DNA of 64,000 bases, from contig NGBS01000884.1 of assembly GCA_002245135.1 (NCBI GenBank), positions 1 to 64,000 of the forward strand, read 5' to 3'. Numbering within the stretch: the first letter of the stretch is position 1; every line of letters begins with the position of its first letter. The notes under the pieces are model-generated. The model ran no database searches. It was not told where the DNA came from and worked only from the letters and a program-made list of their open reading frames with translations. The stretch is from Proteromonas lacertae (taxonomy: Eukaryota). A program made the translations under genes and the position numbers. Positions 13,148 through 24,185 of this stretch are shown here, piece after piece.

Positions 13148-13825
13148 GTATATAATATAGTTATAGTATATATAGGTGATGAAATATGAGCATGTTTAAA
13201 TGATGAACAAATATAGTATATAATATAGTTATAGTATATATAGGTGATGAAATATGAGCATATTTAAATGATGAACAAATATAGTATATAATATAGTTAT
13301 AGTATATATAGGTGCTGAAATATGAGTATGTTTAAATGATGAACAAATATAGTATATAATATAGTTATAGTATATATAGGTGATGAAATATGAGCATATT
13401 TAAATGATGAACAAATATAGTATATAATATAGTTATAGTATATATAGGTGCTGAAATATGAGTATGTTTAAATGATGAACAAATATAGTATATAATATAG
13501 TTATAGTGATGAAATATGAGCATATTTAAATGATGAACAAATATAGTATATAATATAGTTATAGTATATATAGGTGCTGAAATATGAGTATGTTTAAATG
13601 ATGAACAAATATAGTATATAATATAGTTATAGTATATATAGGTGATGAAATATGAGCATATTTAAATGATGACAAATATATATAAATATATATATATAAT
13701 ATGAAATATGAGCATATTTAAATGATGAACAAATATAGTATATAATATAGTTATAGTATATATAGGTGATGAAATATGAGCATATTTAAATGATGAGCAA
13801 ATATAGTATATAATATTGTTATAGT
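13148..13825. repeat. 68-bp tandem minisatellite, about 10 units
   Basis: GGTG anchors at 13175, 13243, 13311, 13379 and 13447 (68-bp spacing), then one unit with a 10-bp deletion, anchors at 13573 and 13641, one degenerate unit, and an anchor at 13765. Confidence 0.97.
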
Positions 13826-14410
13826 AAGTGCAATAATTTTCTAATTTTTATATTGTAATACTAATTTCTGTTTTAAAATAAGGGGAAATAAGAGAAAAGA
13901 ACAATACTGCGCAAATAAGAGCAAAATCGTTCGAAATAATTGATCGTCAAATCAAAAACTAGTCCCACCATGCATATGTATTTTATTAGGCTAAACTTGG
14001 CTCATTATATTACTTTCAATTATGATCTAGTTCGTGAGAAAAATAATTTCTAAGAATTCCAGGTCCCCATTTTCAATTTTTTGGCTCTTTTCACCCATTT
14101 TGAAATGATTTTTAAAACTAATTTTACTAGCTCTTAAAAGAAAGTTATTGTTTAATATTATGAAAATAAGCAATGTTGTAACATAATTTAATCATTAGTT
14201 GCCATAATATCGAGAAATACATCAAATTTTTGATTAATTACCTGATTAGGTAATTTTAATCTAACTACGTCAGCATAAAGTTCAATCTATGACTCATACT
14301 GTGATGTAATTTTTTTAGTCTAATTCTTTATAGTTGTTGAGAAAAACAACTTCAAAGTCACAAAAAAAATAAAAAAAACTTAGAAAATTTCTTATAGTGT
14401 CGTTTCTAAA

Positions 14411-16053
14411 ATGAATGATTTTATAACAACAGATTATCTAGTATGGAATTTAAATTTTTATGGTTTCTAGTTCTCAGCTTATAATAATTACAAATCATTT
14501 AGATCAAAAGAATCAGGAAATACGTTACTCCCGATTGATCAACTTACAGTTCACATCGCAGAAACATTATGTCGTATAGTTAATATTATTATAAATCATT
14601 TGTAGTAAACAATGCAGAGATATCAGAGTGGCAATACAAATATCTTCTAATGTGGTCTGACTATCCTACCTACCCTTTTATCACAACAGAACAGTTCTGC
14701 AGATATTTGCAAGTTAAACACATAGAAGTTCTGGACTTATATTTTTCTTTGTACAGTATTGAATTATTCACTTATCTATGTAATATAATAGGTTATCGAA
14801 TTGACATAGTTCAATTTATTTCTTTTTTATGTATATTTGTCTTTTTACCAACTGAAAGTCTGTTATTGATCTTATTAACCACCAATCATATATATGTAAA
14901 TCGAAATATATCAGACGCACAAATAAATATATTTCTCAGATCAATAGGCGTAGAAAGTCAATCGTTATCATATGTAAAAGAATGGTTAAAATACGTTCCA
15001 AGAGAAGATAATACAGTGACAGTTATACAATTATTTGACTTTATCCAATCAGAAGAAGGACTGTTAGAGAGTATATATCAAATAAAAAAAGAGTTAATTA
15101 TCCACTTTATATCACATCAAGGTAGAACAAGAATCTTAGAAAGAAAATTTTTTTATGATCATCAAGCAAAATTAATCAGAAATAAATATAAAGATGAGAA
15201 AGATAAAATAAAGGGAAAACCAAATAAAATAGATATTGGACTTCCTAAAGAATCGTGTTGTAGTAATTTTATACGAATAATCACAGGAGATCCATCTCCA
15301 TATTATACTGAGTATAGAAATATCACTCAATCACAATATATAACCACTCAAATGTTAGTTTATGAGATAAGATGTAAATATGGTTATTCTCAAAGACCTT
15401 ATTCTATATGTGGTTCATTCGGAGGTAGATCGAGTAACAATAATTACTTTCTTTATAATAATAACAAGATGAAACGTCCATCTAATATTTCTAATTTATC
15501 AAATAATAATAATAAAGAAACTATTTCACAACAACAAAGACAATGCCAAAATAATGGATTTAAATTATCTTCAAATCATTTCAGAAGTCCACAAACATCT
15601 AATAGAGTGTTAATCCATAGTCCAATTGGTAATAACCGCACTTTATTGATGAACAGTCCAATTATGAATGATAATAGTAATAGAAGAATTCTTCATCCAT
15701 TTGTAAGTCCTAAAAGTAGCGAGAGAAAATTATCTGGAGAATTTATAATAGGAACACCAGTAAGAAGTTCAACAAAACCAAGAATGCAGTTAGTGTATGA
15801 TGAGGAAGAACAGAATGGGAAAAATAACAATGATCTGTTTCACAGTAATGCTCCAACTCCTATCCTATCTCCTTGTAGTGTTATTGCTCAAAGAGCGATA
15901 GGTATTCTTGATTGTAGTAAAAGTAATGCTTCCCTGTTAGCAAATAGAAGATCAGCAGGTAGTAATAACAGCAAGGGTAGTAAAGACAGTAAGGGTAGTA
16001 AAAGTTCAGCTAAAGTAGTCCCAATTGAGTTTTGTGATGAAATTGTACATTAA
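14411..16053 (+). CDS. Unknown family paralog 4
   Basis: Three introns (one read through in frame in the ORF track); LLPID, NNAEISEWQYKYL, DPSPYYTEY, YEIRCKYGYSQR; long Ser/Asn tail. Confidence 0.82.
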
Positions 16054-16207
16054 ATTTAAGATATAACTTTAGAATATTAAGCTTCGTTATTTTATTGATA
16101 TTTAATATACATCTGTTGTATTTGTGAAGAGAATTAAAGAAAAAACATTTGAAAAAGCTTGATATTTGCTCAAACTTTATAACTTCCGTTTTTTGAATTT
16201 CTATAAG

Positions 16208-19200
16208 ATGGATAATGATGATTATGATAATAATGATTTAAATGATCAACAGAATAATAGTGATGATGTTCAAACATCAGATAATGACGTATATTTTATA
16301 ATTATTTATTTACTTAGACAAATAATAATTTAAACCAAAATAGTGACGAAGATCGTCCAAATATAATAATAAACTCTAATCCAGATTCAGATAGGCAATT
16401 GAATGACACTCCTGCTCATTACGTTCCTACTTTGAGTAACGAACCTTCAAAACCATATACTGATTTCACCACATCTTCTAGTGATTTCTATCCTTTAGAA
16501 GATACAAATGAAGCAACAGATTCAGATATTTATAATTTAGAAAGTAGTAGTGATAATAATCTAAAAGATAAGCAAACAGAAGAACAACAACAACCCAATG
16601 AAGATGGTCAAGAAGTTAATGAAGAAACAAATGAAGTTAATAATGAAGGAGAAGTAAATGATGAAGAAGAACAAGTAGAAGTACAACCAAACGAAGAAGG
16701 TGAAGATGTAAATGAACAAGAAACAGATAATATAAATGAAGAAGAAGTTAATAATGAAGAAATAACAAATGAAGAAGGAGAGGAAAATAATGAAGAAGAG
16801 AATGAAGTAGTAAATGAAGAGACAAATGAAGTAAAAGAAACAGAAGAAGTAAATGATGAAGGAGAAAATAATGAAAATAATGAAAAAGAGGTAAATAATG
16901 AAGAAGAAAAACAACAACCAAACGAAGAGGATAATGGAAACCAAAATACTGAACAACAAGAAGATGATAATCTTTATAATTTAGAAGATGAAGAAGAGAA
17001 GGAAGAGCAAAGCAATACATTTGAATCAAACACGTTTGAAAAATCAAATAGAATAAATGAAGAAGCTGTTGAAGAACATCCAAATGAAGAAGCAACTGAA
17101 GAAAAAGAAGAAAGAGATAATAATCTGTACAATTTAGAAGATGAAGAAGGAAATGATGAGAAGACGAATGTATTTGATTCAAATACATTTGAAGAATCCA
17201 ATCAGATAAATGATGATGAAGAAGAAAAAGAGCAAAAAGAAGAACCACAAGAAGAAGATAAAGCAGAAGAAGTGGAAATGGAAGAAGAAAAGAATGTCAA
17301 AGAAAGTGAAGAAGAATTTCAAGAAGAGAAAGAAAATGAATTTGTAGAAGAAATTAAAGAACAACAACAAAATAAAAATGAAGAGAAAGAAGAAGATATA
17401 AATCAAACAACAGAAAAGCAATCCAATGAAATAGAGAAAGAAGAAATCGAAATCGAAAATGAAAAAGAAAAAGAAGAAGTAGAATTATCAATAAATAAGC
17501 CACAATCATCCAGTTCAAGTGTATCTGAACCATTATCTGATAGACAACAACCAACAGATGATAGAAGTGTAGTATCAGATACTTCATCCTATGTAAATAA
17601 TTACATTGACAGAATGGTTGATGGAATAGTAGAAGATGAAACATTGGAAGAAGTTGATAGTGAATATGAAAATTCTGATAGTGAAAATGAGAATAATGAA
17701 GAAATCAATCAAAATGAAAATGAAAATAAAGAGAATGATGATATTGAACCATTAACATCAATAAGAACAGATACAACTCAGAATAAATCAGTTAAAAAGA
17801 ATAAAAAGAAGAAAGCAAAGAAAGTAAAACCACCATTCAATAATAGAGTTGATCCTAAAAATAAGAGAGTTATTCCTGAATATAAATATTATGATTTAGA
17901 ACATATGACTCCAGTTGGTTATAAACTAGCAATGAAAAATTTAAAAGATTATGAAAAAGCAAAGAAGAAAGATGAAGAAGAAAAAATTGATCATTACATG
18001 AAATTAAAAAGTAAAGAAATTTATGCTAAAAAGAAATATGCTACAAAAGTCACTAGGAAATATAAACCTCCTCATAAGTACACTTTGCGAGAGATAATTC
18101 ATATGGGATATCCAAGTGAACCACCAACACCTACAACTACAGATACATCAGAAATGGGAGATGAAGGTTATACATATATGAAACAAGATTTAGAAGGTGG
18201 TGAAAATGAAGAAGAAAATGAAGAAGAAGAAAAGAAAGCAACACAACAGAACCAACAAAATAAACAACAAAAATCAGTAGATAATAATGATATTAATAAT
18301 TTAGGATATAATAGTGATGAAGGAGAAGAAGATAATGATAATATTGTACCATTACCCAATGAAAATGATTATAATAATGATACACACTACGAATCGAATG
18401 AAATACAATCATACAAACTTAGTAACAATCCCAGCAAAAGTGGTGGTCCAGTATTAAATGATGAAGAAAGGACTAATGAAAATAAAAACATGAAAAGACC
18501 ACCAACCAGTAAAAGAATTACCGAAATGACCTTTGACAATTGTGAAACTCCAAATACTGAAGCTTCAACTCCATGTTCAACAGGTCGAATGTTGACAAGT
18601 AGTCGAAGTGAAAGAAGAGCTTTAAAGAAAGAAAAGAAACGTCAAAGACGTTTATTCCGAGGAGTAATGAACAGTGCTTGTTTCTTCTTCTCGTTATATG
18701 CAAAAGTGAAAGAAAGAAGGTTAATGAATCCAAAGATGCAATCTCGATTGAAGAATGCAAAGGATAATGAATATCAACATGCATTAAAGATAGTAACAAT
18801 AACCGCGAGTAAGAAATATGGAGCAGATCCTCCAAGTCGAAATAAGAAATTAGATAAAATCTTAAATCGAAATCGAATCAGTAAAGATAAAGACTTAGAT
18901 TATTATATAAAGTATATGAAAGAAGATATAAAAGAAGATCATACTCGTGAAGAAATCCGAAGTGAATTAAGAAAACGAATAGAAAAGATAAAGAATGAAC
19001 ATACTGAGAAAGTGAAATGGGATACTGAATTTGAAACAATTTATCAACGATTTTTAATACAACACAAAGTGATGTTGAAAAACATAACTCCATTCCATTT
19101 AATGGAAAAATTTACAGATTGTTTTGAATTTAAATTAGCCTTAGAAAAAGGAACAAGAAGTAAAAGGGTATATTTTTTAATATTATTTATTAAATGAATA

Positions 19201-20706
19201 GAAAATCGAAAAACCATCAGATAAAATGTTAGATATAATAATGGGAACTTATCATGATGAATACAAAGAAAAGATAATCGCAATTCAAAGATATTGGAAA
19301 TTATATTTATTATTGAAAGATAACTATCGAGTATTTGTGTCAAAGTTAATAGCAAAAGAAAAAGAAAAAGCAGAAAGAAAGACCTTAAAACCAACTTATA
19401 TGGAATTAATGTGTAAAGATATATATGAAGAAGAAGTAAAACGAGTAAAAGATGAAGAAGTAGAACATTGGATGGAGTATATATATTCTATATATTATTA
19501 ATTAATAGAGCTCGAAATAACTGGCTACAAGGAATTGCTGATTATAGTAAAAAGTCAAAAGAAGAATTAGATGAAAAATTGAAATTACCTCCATTATATA
19601 CATTTGATATAGACAAGATAGTGAATGATGTAAAAGAAAGTATGAAAAGTGAAGATCAAAACTTACCAACACTCAAAGAACGTCGAAGAAGAATGCGTGG
19701 AAGAAATAATCATGATGAAGTAGAAAGCAAAGTAAGATCATCTCAATCTGCTCCAATGTTAAAGAATATTCATCCCTTACCACCTCCATTAAATCCACCT
19801 CAACCTGAGAAACCTCGTGGATTATCAATAACATCAAGTGAAAGATATTTAACCCCTAATAAAACCAATAATGATAGTGTAATTCATAAAATAAGTGAAA
19901 GAGCAAAAACTCCATTACCTCCTCCATTAGAAATGCCATCTTGTAGTACTTATGATTCTTCAAGTGGAACAAGTAGTAATAATATCAATAATTCAAATAA
20001 GACGATGAAATTAACCGATAAATTAGAACATTATTATGAAAACAAAGAACATGTTGATGATGTTTTAAGTATATATATTTATATATATATATTTATTTGC
20101 TTTTATTATTTTGTAGTTCGAACTCCATTTGTAGAAAAGATCGATATGTTATTAGAAAGTGATGGAAAAGAAGAAACATCTGTAGTAGATGAGAAAGTGT
20201 TAGAAAAACTAGTAGATAAATCGTATCTTCGAATGAGAAAGAATGAGAAAGTAAAAATGATTCGAAAAGATGTAGTAGAATCAACAGCCAAGAATTATAA
20301 AGAAAAATTTATAAACAAAAAGAAACCCAAATATGGAATATGGGATAATCGTATATATATATATAAATATATATATTGTTATTTAATAATAGAATATAAA
20401 GCTGAATGTGCTGTAACTACAGAAAGACTAGTTCAAATGAATCCCGAAGTAGAAAAGAAACCTAAAAAGAAAGCAGTAGAAATTGCATTAGAAAGAATCG
20501 CGAATATGTTTGAAGCTCAATATATTGAAAGTTTAAAACAATTTAAACCAATTAAACGAGATCAAGCAACTCGAATATTAGGTTCAATAAATAAGAAGAG
20601 TCGAGTCTCTCAAATAAAAAATAACAATTCAAAAGGTTCAACCCCTCGTACTCCTAAAACTCTTAGTTCAAGTCGAAGTGCTACTTCCATAACAACTCCA
20701 CATTAA
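16208..20706 (+). CDS. Large acidic low-complexity / coiled-coil protein with one IQ-like motif
   Basis: ORFs 16399, 19226 and 19468 can be joined by short GT-AG introns. Glu/Asn-rich N-terminal half; IIAIQRYWKLYL is IQ-like. Confidence 0.75.
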
Positions 20707-21052
20707 TATTTATTGATTTATTTATATGTTTTATATTGTTTTGTGTTATAGAGTATGTATTTCAAGTAATACTGTCAATTAGAGCGTATAGTTCTTTTCT
20801 TTATTATATTGTAATAATAAGTATGCTAAGTAACAGAATTACATATTTAATGTTGATGTTAATCCTGTATTAGTGAAGAAAATAAGCAAATTACATATAG
20901 AAAAGCTTGAGTAGTTTGATTAAAAGATTTTTTCTTTGAATGAATTGTATATGTAATTTATAAATGAATAGTGTTAAATCTAAATTTTAGTTGTATTATC
21001 AATTTTGGAATAGGGATTTTCACTTGTGCGTTTTTCGTGTATATTTAGTTAG

Positions 21053-23941
21053 TTATATTATAGTTATTATTATTTTAATAACAAAAAATCTAGAATAATT
21101 ACAAAATCTAGAAATGAAAGAAATATAAATAAAACTCAAAAAAGAAATTGTTTAAATAAAGATGTTTTTAATGATTATAATCATGTAACAATACTGGATG
21201 ATGATTTACATTCATATTGTATTAATGTTGGAAACGCTATATCTACTGCAGGAGTAATTAGACACACTTGTACAGGGTTTATCTACAAAAGACTTTTTAC
21301 ATTCAATGGAAAACAGTTTTATAAAAGTAATATTTTGTTTTCTAAAGATACAGGTAATTTAAATATATCATGTGAAACAGATAGTGATAATTATTCAATT
21401 GTTTGTGATATGATGAAATATATTGGTAAAAAATATGATGAAATTGATGAAAATGAGTTAAAAGATAAACCATATAAGATAATAGAAGGATTAGAAGGAT
21501 ATTGTGAATATGAAGTATTATATAACAATGAAATTGTATATTTTACTCCAACATTCATTTTATCACTTCTATTTCAACATATAAGAAATGAATCATTATC
21601 ACAATTTGGGTTTGGAGAAGAATTTAAAGCATATTATCCAGTTGTTATAACAATTCCAGCAGATTTTACTAGTGTCCAAAGAAAAGAGATTAAAAAAGCT
21701 GTTAAAGAAGCTGGATTGATGGTAGAAAAACTATTAACCGAACCAATAGCAGCATCATTTGCTTATTTACATAATGGATCAATAACTAAACCTAAATGTA
21801 ATATCTTAGTATGTGATTTTGGAGAAAATAGTTTTAAATCATCAATATTTAATTTAGATAATGAAAAAATGAAAGTTATTTCTAGTTCTCGAGATGATAA
21901 TTTAGGTGGGAAAGACATGACAAATAGATTAGAAGAGTATGTAAAGAAAGATATTAAGGATAAATATAGAATTGATATAAGTGAAAATGAAGAATATAAA
22001 TTTAGAATACATAGAAAATGTGAAGTAACTAAAATTAATCTTTCTCAACAAATGGAAAGTGAACTTTATATTGAGATATGTGGTGTTGATAATGGTTATA
22101 AAATATCAAGAGCTTTATTCTATAAATTATGTAATGATTTATTTCAGAAAGCTATAGATACTATAAATAGATCAATAGATTATGGAAAAGTAAAAAATAT
22201 TGATTATATCATTCTGATTGGTGGTTCAAGTTATATTCCAAAATGTAGAGAAATTATTGAAGAGCATTTTCAATCTATTCCTATATTAAATAATGGAAAT
22301 GCACAAGAAATTATTGCTGAAGGTGCTTGTTGGTATTTACATTTACAAAAGAATAATGTCGATAATTTTAAAATAGTTGATGTATTGTTAAGATCATTAA
22401 GTGTTGGAACAAAATTATACAAAAGAATGAAAACAGCATATGGAATAGATTTAGGTACAACATTCTCATCATCTGCATTTATAGGAGGTAATAATTTAGT
22501 GAATGTTATTCAAGATGGTAAAGGTAATCATGGAATTCCTTCTTGTATTTATTATGAAAATATCTTCAATCCAATCGTTGGTTCAGCAGCAACACAAAAA
22601 CGAAATTCAAAAACCTTAAAGCATTTTTTATATGATTCAAAAAGATTTATTGGTAAAAAGTATGATGAAATTCCAAAAAAAGAAATTAAATTATATCCAT
22701 TTGAATTAATTGAACAGAATAATTTGCCATATTACAAATTGATTGTTAATAATGAAGAAAAGAATATATCTCCTGTTGATGTATCAAGTGAAATATTGAA
22801 ACATATTCGCAATTATTCAATTCCAAGAATTACTCATGACAATGTATGTTCAGATGAAATAGAAATAGTGATTGGAGTTCCAGCTGCATTTACTAATGAA
22901 CAAAGAGAAGCAACCCGAGAAAGTGCAATAAAAGCTGGATTTAAGAATGTAGATTTATTATCTGAACCAACAGCAGCTGTTTTATCTTATATTTATGATA
23001 ATAAAATAAGAAAAGATGAATGTAAAATAATGGTTTATGATTTTGGAGGTGGAACATTTGATGTGAGTGTGATAGAGTTGAAGAATAAGACAGTGACAAT
23101 ATTAGGAACATTTGGAGATGAACATTTAGGAGGAGAAGATATAACAATGAGATTAGAAGAATATGTAAAGAAAGATATAAAAGAAAAGATGAGAATAGAT
23201 GTGAATGCAAATGAAAAATATAAATCTCGAATTCACAACTATTGTGAAGAAGGAAAAATCTATTTGTCAAGTAGTGAAGAATATAATTTTGATATTGAAT
23301 TTATCAATGATGAAGAATATGAAGCAACAATAACCAGAACTAAGTTTAATGAATTATGTAAAGATTTATTCAATAAAACAATAGAAATAGTGAATTATTC
23401 TCTTATTCGATGTAATATTAAAAAAGATGAATTGGATTACATAGTACTAGTTGGTGGAACATCTAGAATTCCAAAACTAGAAGATATGTTAAAGAAAAAT
23501 TTTGAAAAAAGTAAAAACTGTAAAATATGTAATAGTGTCAATACTAATGAAGATGTAGTTAAAGGATGTGCAATTTATTCAAAATGTTTAATAGATGATA
23601 ATTTCAGTAAATACAAAATAATTGATAATTCCTCCATTTATTCAGAAGATGGAAAGGAATATTCAATTGAAAGAATAAAAATTAATACAATTATAAGCAG
23701 ACAAAGTAAATTACCAATAGAATGTAGTAAGAAAATAAGAATAGGAAAAGATGAAAAAACAATAAGAATATATGAAGATAAACTAAATTCAAGTGATCAA
23801 ATGTTAATAGGTGAAATAGAAATAGAAGATCATGTGAATGAAGAAATTGAAATAAAATTTAAAGCAAATAAAAATGGATTACTGAAAGTGAAAGTAATTG
23901 TTGATGATAGAATAATAGAAGAAAATATAGAGTATTTCTAA
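21053..23941 (+). CDS. Double Hsp70-family ATPase-domain protein (degenerate NBD, intact NBD, short divergent C-terminus); start uncertain
   Basis: The frame is open from 21053. NBD1: CINVGNA, VITIPADF, EPIAAS, DFGENSF. NBD2: GIDLGTT, DSKRFIG, GVPAAF, EPTAA, DFGGGTFD, LVGGTSRIP. Confidence 0.85.
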   Translation, partial: LYYSYYYFNNKKSRIITKSRNERNINKTQKRNCLNKDVFNDYNHVTILDDDLHSYCINVGNAISTAGVIRHTCTGFIYKRLFTFNGKQFYKSNILFSKDTGNLNISCETDSDNYSIVCDMMKYIGKKYDEIDENELKDKPYKIIEGLEGYCEYEVLYNNEIVYFTPTFILSLLFQHIRNESLSQFGFGEEFKAYYPVVITIPADFTSVQRKEIKKAVKEAGLMVEKLLTEPIAASFAYLHNGSITKPKCNILVCDFGENSFKSSIFNLDNEKMKVISSSRDDNLGGKDMTNRLEEYVKKDIKDKYRIDISENEEYKFRIHRKCEVTKINLSQQMESELYIEICGVDNGYKISRALFYKLCNDLFQKAIDTINRSIDYGKVKNIDYIILIGGSSYIPKCREIIEEHFQSIPILNNGNAQEIIAEGACWYLHLQKNNVDNFKIVDVLLRSLSVGTKLYKRMKTAYGIDLGTTFSSSAFIGGNNLVNVIQDGKGNHGIPSCIYYENIFNPIVGSAATQKRNSKTLKHFLYDSKRFIGKKYDEIPKKEIKLYPFELIEQNNLPYYKLIVNNEEKNISPVDVSSEILKHIRNYSIPRITHDNVCSDEIEIVIGVPAAFTNEQREATRESAIKAGFKNVDLLSEPTAAVLSYIYDNKIRKDECKIMVYDFGGGTFDVSVIELKNKTVTILGTFGDEHLGGEDITMRLEEYVKKDIKEKMRIDVNANEKYKSRIHNYCEEGKIYLSSSEEYNFDIEFINDEEYEATITRTKFNELCKDLFNKTIEIVNYSLIRCNIKKDELDYIVLVGGTSRIPKLEDMLKKNFEKSKNCKICNSVNTNEDVVKGCAIYSKCLIDDNFSKYKIIDNSSIYSEDGKEYSIERIKINTIISRQSKLPIECSKKIRIGKDEKTIRIYEDKLNSSDQMLIGEIEIEDHVNEEIEIKFKANKNGLLKVKVIVDDRIIEENIEYF

Positions 23942-24185
23942 TAGATTAATTTAATTTATATTCTGAAAAAGCTTGGGTAGTTTGTGATAACGGAAGAAAC
24001 AGATAGAATTTATAAGAAACAGATATAATATTATTATATTAATAAATTCTATATTCATTTTTAAATTCTAATTAGTGAATGATAGATTTATATTCATATC
24101 AAAACTATTAAAACTATTTAAGGCAATATAAATTAAAAATGCAATTTTCATTTTAAAAATATATTCGTTTCATAATTTTTAAAAA

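Noticed and set aside
13148..13825. CRISPR array
   Set aside because: The whole 68-bp unit repeats with no unique spacers, there are no cas genes, and the context is eukaryotic.
10430..14400. Transposon or viral insertion
   Set aside because: No transposase, reverse transcriptase, integrase or terminal repeats were recognisable.
16561..18359. Minus-strand Phe/Leu/Ile/Ser-rich ORFs
   Set aside because: Antisense shadows of the GAA/AAT-rich coding strand.
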